Virus record (IMG/VR): IMGVR_UViG_3300009008_000003
Reading direction: 5' to 3' (one strand)
DNA: 64,000 bases
From: a virus
Of the stretch, positions 10,394 through 19,220 are shown one piece after another (the first letter of the stretch is position 1; every line of letters begins with the position of its first letter). A program made the position numbers and the translations under genes. The notes beneath the pieces were generated by a model, which ran no database searches, was not told where the DNA came from, and saw only the letters and a program-made list of their open reading frames with translations.

Positions 10394-11201
10394 CTATAAA
10401 TTCTTTTAATTGGTTGTCTTGATCTTCAGCCAGCTTTTCTAGAACGGCTTTCTTTATTTGTCTTACCCGTTCTCTGGTAATTCCGAATAAATTACCTATC
10501 TCTTCTAGAGTAAGGGGGTGTATATCAGCTATACCATAGTATAGTCTTAAAATATCCTTTTCTCTAGGCTCTAACTCGCGTATAACGCGCTCTACCTGGT
10601 TAAGTTTTTCGTCCTGTTGGAGAAAATATTCTGGTCCGGGTTCTTCTGACTGTATAGTATCTTTTAATTCAACACCATCCTGGTTTGGATCATATAAACT
10701 TATAGGAGTTAAACTTCCGTGTAATAATTCAAAGGTATCGACAGATTTGCCAAGCTCATCTTGAATCTCTGTGGCAGTTGGAGTTCTCCCCAAGTTTTTA
10801 GATAGTGCTTCTAGTTTATTTTTATATTTACTTATATCTATATTTTTATTAGCTGGTAACCTAATAAGGCGGCTTTGATCAGCTATAAATTTCAAGATAG
10901 ATTGTCGTATCCACCAAGTGGCATACGTTATTAATCTGAATCCGCGGAAGGGGTCGAAGCGCTCTACGGCTACTATTAGTCCCTCGTTTCCAGCTTGTAT
11001 AAGATCGTCTAGGTCTAGTTTTGGTCCTTCGTATTTCTTCGCTAGTGTAATAACATAGCGTAAATTGCATACGATTAGGCGTTCTTTAGATGGCGGATCC
11101 TGGTCTTCGTTATACTTCAGTGCTAATTCTAATTCCTTTTCAGGGGTTAGTAGCGGGTAACCAGATATTTGACGTAGGTATATTTTTATATTATTATCCA
11201 T
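10383..11201 (-). CDS. RNA polymerase sigma70-family factor (RpoD/RpoS-like)
   Basis: Region 2 NLRYV..AKKY, DLIQAGNEGL..AVERFDP.RGFR..TYATWWIRQSI; region 4 TLEEIG..FGITRERVRQI. Confidence 0.95.
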   Translation of the reverse strand: MDNNIKIYLRQISGYPLLTPEKELELALKYNEDQDPPSKERLIVCNLRYVITLAKKYEGPKLDLDDLIQAGNEGLIVAVERFDPFRGFRLITYATWWIRQSILKFIADQSRLIRLPANKNIDISKYKNKLEALSKNLGRTPTATEIQDELGKSVDTFELLHGSLTPISLYDPNQDGVELKDTIQSEEPGPEYFLQQDEKLNQVERVIRELEPREKDILRLYYGIADIHPLTLEEIGNLFGITRERVRQIKKAVLEKLAEDQDNQLKEFIDEI

Positions 11202-11700
11202 TAGTGATCCCTCTTAATATTTCTGTGAAGGGCACAGGCGTGTTTTTCCATAGGCTTTGATCTACATTTATAACCGTCTTTTTAAGAAGGTACATGTAAT
11301 CATGGCCTACTATTCGCTGTCCTGCATATTTATGGGTCCAATCGCTATCTGCTTCACCAACTACTTCAGGTTTGTTAGAGTCAGTTAAGTTTTCAGCAGA
11401 GGTATTTAAGACACATAGAACTTTTTTATCCGGGTTTTTGCGTTGGGAAAAAGTAAGATCATCATAAAGAAACAAGTTTTTAAATTTAGTTCCTTTTAGG
11501 TCTGAATTTGAACTGTTTGTAATATATACAGTTAGACCATTTAAAACGCTCTGAAAGTATTCAATATTATCTTTTGCAAATTCCCCTATATGTATCACCA
11601 TATCTCCCCTGCCGACAGCTTTGTTCCAGTTTTCTACAAGTCTATCTGAAGATTTCTTATCAGACATTGAAAACTTTGCGTTGCCCACTATAAATATCAT
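11194..11700 (-). CDS. Degenerate calcineurin-like phosphoesterase homolog
   Basis: LVENWNKAVGRGDMVIHIGEF resembles the intact enzyme at 40135, but the metal ligands (D-x-H, GNHD) are substituted. Confidence 0.5.
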   Translation of the reverse strand: MIFIVGNAKFSMSDKKSSDRLVENWNKAVGRGDMVIHIGEFAKDNIEYFQSVLNGLTVYITNSSNSDLKGTKFKNLFLYDDLTFSQRKNPDKKVLCVLNTSAENLTDSNKPEVVGEADSDWTHKYAGQRIVGHDYMYLLKKTVINVDQSLWKNTPVPFTEILRGITNG

Positions 11701-11996
11701 TAATTAGCTTTTTCCTCAAAGAAAGAGGGATCAGTGTCGTCATCTAATTCTATACCATATTCGTCAATATATTCTTTTGTGAGAGTAAACAGAGCGGGGC
11801 GCAAGATAGCTAATGTTGCTGACAGCGCTTCTTTTTCTGATAGCATTTCGCCTGTTTCTTCATCGGTTACTAATTGTTCATTCACTTCAACTTTAATATT
11901 TCTGTCGGGCGTTAAATATATTTGTATTGCTATCACATCTTCGTCTGTTACATCGCCCTGGTCTGTAAAGTCTTCGTTAATATTTTCTTTTGCCAT
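11700..11996 (-). CDS. Acidic hypothetical protein
   Basis: Intact ORF coupled to its neighbours. Confidence 0.55.
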   Translation of the reverse strand: MAKENINEDFTDQGDVTDEDVIAIQIYLTPDRNIKVEVNEQLVTDEETGEMLSEKEALSATLAILRPALFTLTKEYIDEYGIELDDDTDPSFFEEKAN

Positions 11997-12003
11997 GAGT
12001 CTC

Positions 12004-12714
12004 CTAGTGCTTTATAAATACTACATCTTTAACGGTCTTTCCGCTAAAGCATAACTTACATTTTTCACATGCCCCAGCCATTTCGGCTTTGCCGTTGGTG
12101 GCTGGACATACAAATGATCTCTTGGGCAGGTCTTTATCCTTGTCCCAAGGGCCGTAAGCTAATTTAAGCTTATACTTTGTGGCAAATTTCTTTGCCTCTA
12201 CTATATTATAATCATCTATTGATACAAGTAAACTAAAGTTGGGTAACTTTACTATATTCTTATACCCTAAATTAAACGATCTTGTATAAGCCCAGAATGT
12301 AACATCAGGGCGAGACTTAATAACTTCTATCCAAACGGATATTGAAAATTGACTGTGGAAATCTCCGGATTCGTGTATACGGAATATCTTTGCTTTTTTA
12401 GGTATCATTTTACCCAAAGAATCAGCGCAAGGTTTGATACCTTTTTTACCCAAGGCTTCAAACTGCACCAACAAATTCCAATTCATTAGAAAGAGAGACT
12501 GTACGTTATAGAACACATGTCTTCCTTTCATGGCATAACAACCTTCACAGGCTTTTGTTTCGCCAGGACAGGAATACTGCGCACTCGCGGGAAGCGAGAA
12601 AGCGCATCCTTTAGTCTTAGATATTTTCTCCGGGGAAGATGCTTTAAATTTATCTATAACAGTTCCACATTTAGCTAAACTGTTCATTTTATTAATATAT
12701 GTATTAGTTATCAT
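12004..12714 (-). CDS. Gp88-like Fe-S (radical-SAM-like) protein
   Basis: CPGETKACEGCYA (CX6CX2C), FRIHESGDF, FWAYTR, C-terminal CP...C..C.LC. Confidence 0.7.
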   Translation of the reverse strand: MITNTYINKMNSLAKCGTVIDKFKASSPEKISKTKGCAFSLPASAQYSCPGETKACEGCYAMKGRHVFYNVQSLFLMNWNLLVQFEALGKKGIKPCADSLGKMIPKKAKIFRIHESGDFHSQFSISVWIEVIKSRPDVTFWAYTRSFNLGYKNIVKLPNFSLLVSIDDYNIVEAKKFATKYKLKLAYGPWDKDKDLPKRSFVCPATNGKAEMAGACEKCKLCFSGKTVKDVVFIKH

Positions 12715-12763
12715 TGTTGTCCTTGTAGTTAAGTGTATTAAACACTTAAACTTACACTAGGAC

Positions 12764-13252
12764 TTAAACATCGTCTTCGTCTTTGTTTTTCTTATATGTT
12801 GGTTTATTAAGCAAATCGCTTATTCTTGTATTCATTATGCTTTTTTCGAAAGCGTCGTTTGCTTCCCTAACTGCGTCTATTGCCTGGTCACCAAATTCAA
12901 ATGTTCTTGAGGTAGTACCCCCACCGCCATAAATTTCAGGGGGCGAATCAGGCGGATCCCAGGTTTTCATACCAGGATCATGTCCTAATTTTTTAAACAT
13001 CTCTTCTAGTTCGTTATTTGTTATTACCTCGGGGGAAGCTTTTTTAATTATTTCCATTAATTCATTAATTATCTTAGCTTTGTCGTCTACTAAAGGCATC
13101 GTTAATTCTATTCCCTCCCGCGCCCCTGCAAGCTCTAAAACATCCATTAATAATAATTCACAAAGAGCTTTAGCCCAATCTGGGATATCTGGATACTCTG
13201 CCCCTTCTATATAATCTTTTGTATAATCGCCGTATTCATTCATTGTTATCAC
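12764..13252 (-). CDS. Hypothetical protein, NEYGxY family member 1
   Basis: N-terminus MNEYGDYTKDYIEG; about 80 aa similar to 13799..14200. Confidence 0.65.
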   Translation of the reverse strand: MITMNEYGDYTKDYIEGAEYPDIPDWAKALCELLLMDVLELAGAREGIELTMPLVDDKAKIINELMEIIKKASPEVITNNELEEMFKKLGHDPGMKTWDPPDSPPEIYGGGGTTSRTFEFGDQAIDAVREANDAFEKSIMNTRISDLLNKPTYKKNKDEDDV

Positions 13253-13478
13253 TTGCTAATCTAGTAGTTACATTTAGGTAGGATACCGGGGCAGGCAATT
13301 TACAAGTCATGGTAATATTTAAGGTGGAGCCAGACATCGTTGCTTCGGAAAAACTAAATTGAGGAGTGCCTGCGCTTATACCAGACATTGTGAAAGCATA
13401 AGCCGGTTCTGGGGCTTCTTTGCCTTCGACAAAGTTTTCTATATAATTTCCATACTCATTCATGATTACTTTGCCCAA
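13236..13478 (-). CDS. Hypothetical protein, NEYGxY family member 2
   Basis: N-terminus MNEYGNYIENFVEG. Confidence 0.6.
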   Translation of the reverse strand: MGKVIMNEYGNYIENFVEGKEAPEPAYAFTMSGISAGTPQFSFSEATMSGSTLNITMTCKLPAPVSYLNVTTRLASDNNE

Positions 13479-13761
13479 TAACTGGTTTTAAAGCTGGTAA
13501 ACTATCAACCTCTATTACTTGTTGCACAGAAATTTCTTCTTTACCAATTTTTGCGCTAACGGTTACTCGAACGAATCGTCTTTCTTGTGACTCCATACCG
13601 GGCACATCATATTGCTCTATTTTGATATTCTGGCCCATATCTATCTGCTCCAATGCCCAACTCTTCAGGTCTTCTTTCATTCTATTTAATACATAATAAG
13701 CTCTTCCTTCTATGGCCTTTAACTCATTATCAGAAAAAAAATGGCGATTCTCCCTCCACAA
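13456..13761 (-). CDS. Hypothetical protein
   Basis: Intact ORF in the coding-strand run. Confidence 0.5.
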   Translation of the reverse strand: MWRENRHFFSDNELKAIEGRAYYVLNRMKEDLKSWALEQIDMGQNIKIEQYDVPGMESQERRFVRVTVSAKIGKEEISVQQVIEVDSLPALKPVIGQSNHE

Positions 13762-13798
13762 ACTTTTCTGTGTAGTCTCCGTATTCGTTACTCATGGT

Positions 13799-14200
13799 TT
13801 AGGACTCCGCATCTGTATAGGTTACAGCTGGTCCAGCGTTAGTATTCCAAGTGTATGTTATACTACCATCTATTGCGTTGGAGCTGTAGGATGTCCATAT
13901 TGCCCCAGCTGCAGGTTGAGTGGTAATCATGCCAGAGTAGCCAAATGCAATATCTGTTACCGAGACTGGTGGTACTATTTCATTTAATTTTTTTATTAAT
14001 TCATTTATTTTATCTTTGTTGGGATCATCTTTATCTACCTCAGCTAACGATATTACGAAACCCTCACTGAGTGATAAGCCTACACTAGCTGCCCCCATCA
14101 GTAACAGCTCACTTAATATTTGTTTATCTTCGCTTAACTCAAGGAAATCTTCTCCTTCTATGAAGCGCTCTAAATAATTTCCGTATTCGTTTTCACTCAT
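13799..14200 (-). CDS. Hypothetical protein, NEYGxY family member 3
   Basis: N-terminus MSENEYGNYLERFIEG; ELLLM...EG...DK.INEL shared with member 1. Confidence 0.65.
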   Translation of the reverse strand: MSENEYGNYLERFIEGEDFLELSEDKQILSELLLMGAASVGLSLSEGFVISLAEVDKDDPNKDKINELIKKLNEIVPPVSVTDIAFGYSGMITTQPAAGAIWTSYSSNAIDGSITYTWNTNAGPAVTYTDAES

Positions 14201-14435
14201 CTATTTCCCAAATGTCCATGTTAAATTTTGCTTGAAATTCTTTCTCCATAGCTCCTATGCAACTGTTTGTGTGGATTGTTAGGTCGTTATCATGCGCGTT
14301 TTTTAAGTCCTTGGCAAGCAACTCTCGCATTTTTCTGTAAGTAGTAGTTTCCCCTTTCCAGGTTAGCACCTCACAATTAAAGTTTAGTGGGCTGCCTTCA
14401 GTATATTCATTTATATAATTTCCGTATTCATTCAT
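14193..14435 (-). CDS. Hypothetical protein, NEYGxY family member 4
   Basis: N-terminus MNEYGNYINEYTEG. Confidence 0.6.
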   Translation of the reverse strand: MNEYGNYINEYTEGSPLNFNCEVLTWKGETTTYRKMRELLAKDLKNAHDNDLTIHTNSCIGAMEKEFQAKFNMDIWEIDE

Positions 14436-14644
14436 GTTCTATTACGTTTGAATACTTTAAATAGGCTTCCAAAAGCTTGTTCGTTACCCATAAAGCAAAA
14501 TGACCATCTAGTATTTTCCAGCTCTGTTACCTCTTGTCTAAAATCCTTCTGACCAATACCTTCGGTTGATACCATTGCGTATTCAACGCCTTTGTTTAAT
14601 TCTCTGATCTTTTTATTTATATAAAATTCTACTAATTCACTCAT
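14432..14644 (-). CDS. Hypothetical protein
   Basis: Overlapping start/stop coupling with its neighbours. Confidence 0.5.
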   Translation of the reverse strand: MSELVEFYINKKIRELNKGVEYAMVSTEGIGQKDFRQEVTELENTRWSFCFMGNEQAFGSLFKVFKRNRT

Positions 14645-15108
14645 TGTTTAATTCTCATATATACGTGATAGTTTGTTAGACTCCCATCTAGCATATTAAA
14701 AGCAAAGATCCATTTTTCTTTCTCTAGCTTTTCTAGTAAATTTTTAAGATCGTGATCCCTATGATTTACCGCTCTATACTCTACCCCATTCATAAGAACA
14801 CCAAGAAATTCGGTAAGTTTTTGCTCTATAGTTGCTTCAATATTCTTTTTTAGCTCTCGTGGTTTTATTTCGTGAGTACCAGCTAATTTTTTTATTAAAC
14901 GATTAGAAGAAGCCTCAGTCATTTTTATTTCATCAGTTTCTGGCTCTTCTTTAACCTTTTTTGGGGATTTAGCAGTACCTTTAACTGGTGATTTTTTCTT
15001 GGCAGTTTTAGCTGGTTTCTTCTTGGCGGCCTCTCTTCGTTCAAGAGCCTCCTCGGCTGATAATCCTAGTTTTATTTCTTCTTTTGTTCGTCTAAATTTC
15101 TTGGCCAC
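14641..15108 (-). CDS. Basic, Lys-rich hypothetical protein (possible DNA-binding)
   Basis: AAKKKPAKTAKKKSP histone-H1-like tract; GGAGG RBS. Confidence 0.55.
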   Translation of the reverse strand: MAKKFRRTKEEIKLGLSAEEALERREAAKKKPAKTAKKKSPVKGTAKSPKKVKEEPETDEIKMTEASSNRLIKKLAGTHEIKPRELKKNIEATIEQKLTEFLGVLMNGVEYRAVNHRDHDLKNLLEKLEKEKWIFAFNMLDGSLTNYHVYMRIKQ

Positions 15109-15120
15109 TTATCCTCCTAT

Positions 15121-15150
15121 TAAAAAAAGGGGTACACGCAGTACCCCATA
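15121..15150 (-). terminator. Intrinsic terminator ending the E1/JAB operon
   Basis: - strand GGGGTAC-TGCGT-GTACCCC followed by T7. Confidence 0.8.
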
Positions 15151-15155
15151 TCATG

Positions 15156-15767
15156 CTACCCAAAGTTGTGAACAAATTTACTAAAATATTGGTCACCTCG
15201 TATCATGTGCAGAAAAATTTGAGTGCCTATAGTTGCGACTATTTTGTTTCCTTGTTGTATGATTCCCTGGTCTAATTCAAATTGTCGTTGGCAACTCATA
15301 TCTTCTTTATCTGTTTTTACGGTCGCCATTAGCGATTCTGTTGTTGTTCGTTCATGTGATGTAAATACCGCAATAGCTGTGCCTTCAGATCTCATATCAA
15401 TAAACTTAAATTTATGTTTATCCCATAGCTCGAACATATGCTTTCTGAATTTTGTGTTGTCCACGCAGCAGATAACATAATCATAGCCTTTATCTAGATA
15501 TTCTTGTAGGTTTTCTACTTTCTTAACCTCTGCTTTGAATATTTGCAGATGATCTTTCCACCTATCCTTTAAAGCTTCTACTTTATGCTTACCGATATCA
15601 TCTTTGGTGAATTTTTGATATTTTATATTCTTTTTTTCAACCGAATCGTTATCCACCATTGTAAAAATATATTCATCTGGAATTTGTTCGGCAATTATTA
15701 ATTCCACAATTTCAAACAGGAACCGGCTACCAATACCGCCCGCCCCTACTACTAATACTTTTTTCAT
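15156..15767 (-). CDS. E1-like (ThiF/MoeB family) adenylyltransferase
   Basis: GAGGIG, VDNDSVEKKNI..Q, GKHK, CVDN, distal SC motif; no Zn-binding CxxC pairs. Confidence 0.9.
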   Translation of the reverse strand: MKKVLVVGAGGIGSRFLFEIVELIIAEQIPDEYIFTMVDNDSVEKKNIKYQKFTKDDIGKHKVEALKDRWKDHLQIFKAEVKKVENLQEYLDKGYDYVICCVDNTKFRKHMFELWDKHKFKFIDMRSEGTAIAVFTSHERTTTESLMATVKTDKEDMSCQRQFELDQGIIQQGNKIVATIGTQIFLHMIRGDQYFSKFVHNFG

Positions 15768-16228
15768 ACTATTTCTACCTCTACTTCGATAAAATCATCA
15801 AGCCCTCTATCCCATTTCCATAAATGTGGCACACCATCAGCTCCTCCAAGAATACAGTATGGCATATCTAAACCTTTGCCGAGTCTAAATGCATTCTTAT
15901 CTATTTCTGATGGAATCCCTAAACTGCGCGGGTGGTTATGCACTGCTATTGGATGCATATTTGATTTGGGATTCATGGCAGAGGTGGTGAACAATACGTT
16001 CATCATTTGCTGAGGATGCATTTGATAATCAATAATATTGGTTTCTAGAGGTTTGATGTTATCCACCCAACTAAAATTCTGAACAGCCATTCTATGTCTG
16101 TCAGCGTCTTTGTACCGCCCTGTAAAAAATCCACAAAATTCTCTCCCATACATAGTATCTAAAATGATAAGATGCTTTATTAAAGATTCTGGGATACTTG
16201 CTTTTCTTATACTTAGTGTCTCTAACAT
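15764..16228 (-). CDS. JAB/JAMM metallo-isopeptidase
   Basis: N-terminal EFCGF and HNHP-x4-PSEID (HxH-x7-S-x2-D). Confidence 0.85.
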   Translation of the reverse strand: MLETLSIRKASIPESLIKHLIILDTMYGREFCGFFTGRYKDADRHRMAVQNFSWVDNIKPLETNIIDYQMHPQQMMNVLFTTSAMNPKSNMHPIAVHNHPRSLGIPSEIDKNAFRLGKGLDMPYCILGGADGVPHLWKWDRGLDDFIEVEVEIV

Positions 16229-16247
16229 GTGTTTTCCTTATACTTAT

Positions 16248-16280
16248 AAAAATAGGAGGGCCATTTCTGGCCCTCCCTGG
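16248..16280 (-). terminator. Hairpin/terminator between the Ubl fusion and JAB genes
   Basis: - strand GGAGGGCC-AGAAAT-GGCCCTCC then TATTTT. Confidence 0.6.
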
Positions 16281-16304
16281 TAGCGATACTTTATGTACCC
16301 GCAA

Positions 16305-17012
16305 TTAGATGCGTAAAGCCTTGGCCAGTTGGTGAGCATGTTGCTGCACAGTGCCTTCCAGCTGTTTCTTGATAGCTGCTAGAATATGTTTACGGGCATT
16401 TAATACATCGTAACGTTCTTCTGTACTTACGCGTAAGGTGAGAGCCTTATGCGCGGAATCGAAGCCTATTACAACCTGGGCGGCGGGTTTGATAGCATCT
16501 GCAAAACTTGCATTCACTGATGTCCCTTTGGCCCAGTCTCTGGTACACATAGTGTCTTCACCGATAGATTCCATTACAGAATTATATTCTTCGGAAACCA
16601 GGTTATTAAACCCAGTTTCTATAAGACCGTATAAAACAGATCTCCACATGAAGATCTCTTTTACTCTTTTACCGTTGGCTACGATGTCGATAACATCGGG
16701 CTCTGTTCCTAATTTTATCGCCAATACAGTATTGCCAGTGTATTTAAAATCATCTGCGACGTTAAATACCACAGCATATTGCTCAGCACCCCCTTCTAAC
16801 GCAGCTGAAAGCAAGATGCTTTCTGCTCTCTCTAATTCTCCGGTAGAAATCTGTCCCGGATCCTTTAGTTCCCCATCCAGAAATACCCACTTGTCTTCAT
16901 CGTCTGCGATTGCTTTGATTTTTGTTAATGCGGCCTCTGGCAGCATATCGTATGGGGTATCACCTTGTGAGCTCATCACTGCGAAATGGATTAATTTTGT
17001 TTCTTTTGCCAT
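16305..17012 (-). CDS. Ubiquitin-like (ThiS/MoaD-type beta-grasp) domain ending in GG at residue 75, fused to a 160-aa extension
   Basis: WVFLDGEL...ESILLSAALEGG fits the ThiS/MoaD C-terminal pattern; adjacent to JAB and E1. Confidence 0.7.
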   Translation of the reverse strand: MAKETKLIHFAVMSSQGDTPYDMLPEAALTKIKAIADDEDKWVFLDGELKDPGQISTGELERAESILLSAALEGGAEQYAVVFNVADDFKYTGNTVLAIKLGTEPDVIDIVANGKRVKEIFMWRSVLYGLIETGFNNLVSEEYNSVMESIGEDTMCTRDWAKGTSVNASFADAIKPAAQVVIGFDSAHKALTLRVSTEERYDVLNARKHILAAIKKQLEGTVQQHAHQLAKALRI

Positions 17013-17033
17013 TAGTACTTATTCCTTAAATTA

Positions 17034-19217
17034 TTATAGTGTTGTAACTTTATGCGCAACTCTTGAATCGTTTGCAACAGTTAACATTCTTGCTACGAGT
17101 ATATCTTGTCCCACGACCCTATGCCCTTTGTCTACAATACAGATATGACTCTTATCTTCTCCGTATACTTCGTGGTTTCCTTCTCTATCTACATAGTAAG
17201 TTTGTTTCTTACCCTTAACTTCGTACGCATTTATGGTTCCATTGTACGTTGTGTTTATTTGCACTTCTTTGGCTTTTAGCATTTTTACTGTGCTTTGTAA
17301 TAATTTTTCTGAGCGTTTAAGTGCTTCTTTGTAAGTTTTGATACCCTCTTTCATCAGATCTATTATTTTATCTGCTGGGATATCGACGATTTTTTCATCA
17401 CTAAATACTGAGGTCATATCTTGCAGTGAGTACGACTGTCGTAATTTTGATTTAAAACTGTTTATATTTCTAATTCTATATTTTGCGTTTTTGAGGCCTT
17501 TAACGTAATTCTTTCCTTTGGTTCTGTACAGGTGGAAAGTATAATTAATGTGCTGGTTGAAGAAGTTATCGTAGTAGTTAACTGAAATGCCTGTAGCTAT
17601 TAGTTTGTGTATAGCTATAGAACAGGATGTTATAGATTTTAGAAATGCGTTGAAAGTGTCATCCGAATCATAACAAATCATTGTTTCTATAACTTCGCCT
17701 AGTTCAGATATGTTAACTCTGATGTCGTTTATAGTTAATCTTCCAATAGTTTTTCCGGAATCGCTAGTCTTGTTTGTTTTTGCCACCTTAGCTGTTATGG
17801 TACCAACAGTTATGTCAAAGGATGCGGTACGACTTTTTACCATGCTTTGCAAATATTGTGCAACGGCTTCTAATACATGATTAAAATTAACATCTGCTAG
17901 CCCAGTTGATCTGTATCCATTTATTTTATTTCTTAACCAGGCTCCGATGATATCTTCATCAACGTCTACTGTGCCATGTTTCATGTTCTCTACTTTTATG
18001 ATTTGATTTTCGTAAGTAAGAATCTTATCTTCGAAAACCATATCATTGAACACTAGTTTTGATTTGTCCTTCAACCTTGTTTTTAGGTTCTTTTTTATAG
18101 AAGTATTCAGCTCTTCTTCTTTTTTCTGTTTTTCTTGAGCTATTAATACTGGAAACAGTGCTTCTTCTAATTCGGAGGTTTTTATCAAAATGGAGTTAGC
18201 TGCTCCTACATGATTAATGTAGGCGTCTATTTGTTGATTCCAATTTACAGCTTTTTTGCACTTTAACATTGTGTCTATATCAAAATCATTAAAGTCTAAA
18301 TATAACGTATTGTGATGCCTATTATCATAGTCATCCTGGTGCAGATAAAGTCTTCCTAGATCAATATAATTGTAATCAACAGTGTTTGCTTTAAACTCTA
18401 AATTTTTTAATGCCAGGTGTTTTCTGAGATTTGCATAGAACTCTTCCGACCCAACTTCTAATTTACGATATCTATAATTATAGGCGGCGCTCGATATTGA
18501 TGCTACCAACGCTCTTCTTATATCGTCTTTTTCTGCTATTCTGATTATTATATGAGGCGAAGAAACATAATCTCCACAATCATTTAACCGATATAAGATG
18601 TTAAGTTGGTCGTCAGTTAATTCTTCTATCTCTGAATATAAAAATCCTTTATCAGTGAGAATTTCCTTCGTGTTATTCAGCCTAAGATCTATAGATACTC
18701 GTTGGTTCATCCCTGCAGTCAGTTTTTGTATTCCATTATTATTATGATAATTATCATTTACACTGCAATATGATAATAAGTTTTTTAATACCTGTAGATC
18801 TTTTGTGTCTTGTTCTGCGTTTAGAACTTTTGTAGACCACCCAATAGAATAATAATGATTAATGCTTAAGTCGTTGCCCCATTTGTCTTTCTTTTCTTCA
18901 CCTTTTCCGTGCGGAGACAAGGTTACCTTAAAAGTATTTTTTATTTGGTGGGGTCTATAGTTGTTTATATTAACTTCTACTTCATCTTCAGTTACGTAAG
19001 AACAGCCTACTACTAATGGGGAATCATTGAGTTGATAGTCCTTAGTAATAGTTACAACATAATTATCTTCGAATAAAGGTTGTATTTTTTTTATATAAGC
19101 TTGTATAACTTCTACTTCTTTATATAAAGAGGTAATGCGTCTTTTGTGATTGAATTCATAAAGACTGGCCATAGTTCTTAATTGTGTCTCGTTTAAACGG
19201 CTTTTATCATTGTACAT
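17034..19217 (-). CDS. Large hypothetical protein; C-terminal ~85 aa possibly E2/UBC-like
   Basis: 727-aa ORF; C-terminal HEVY...HICIVD followed by a helix (Cys693) loosely resembles UBC HPN..G.ICL. Confidence 0.55.
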   Translation of the reverse strand: MYNDKSRLNETQLRTMASLYEFNHKRRITSLYKEVEVIQAYIKKIQPLFEDNYVVTITKDYQLNDSPLVVGCSYVTEDEVEVNINNYRPHQIKNTFKVTLSPHGKGEEKKDKWGNDLSINHYYSIGWSTKVLNAEQDTKDLQVLKNLLSYCSVNDNYHNNNGIQKLTAGMNQRVSIDLRLNNTKEILTDKGFLYSEIEELTDDQLNILYRLNDCGDYVSSPHIIIRIAEKDDIRRALVASISSAAYNYRYRKLEVGSEEFYANLRKHLALKNLEFKANTVDYNYIDLGRLYLHQDDYDNRHHNTLYLDFNDFDIDTMLKCKKAVNWNQQIDAYINHVGAANSILIKTSELEEALFPVLIAQEKQKKEEELNTSIKKNLKTRLKDKSKLVFNDMVFEDKILTYENQIIKVENMKHGTVDVDEDIIGAWLRNKINGYRSTGLADVNFNHVLEAVAQYLQSMVKSRTASFDITVGTITAKVAKTNKTSDSGKTIGRLTINDIRVNISELGEVIETMICYDSDDTFNAFLKSITSCSIAIHKLIATGISVNYYDNFFNQHINYTFHLYRTKGKNYVKGLKNAKYRIRNINSFKSKLRQSYSLQDMTSVFSDEKIVDIPADKIIDLMKEGIKTYKEALKRSEKLLQSTVKMLKAKEVQINTTYNGTINAYEVKGKKQTYYVDREGNHEVYGEDKSHICIVDKGHRVVGQDILVARMLTVANDSRVAHKVTTL

Positions 19218-19220
19218 TAC

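Noticed and set aside
12764-14435. NEYGxY DNA repeats as a CRISPR array or DGR repeats
   Set aside because: The copies are degenerate, in-frame at gene starts and irregularly spaced; no cas or reverse transcriptase gene is seen. No CRISPR array was found anywhere in the window
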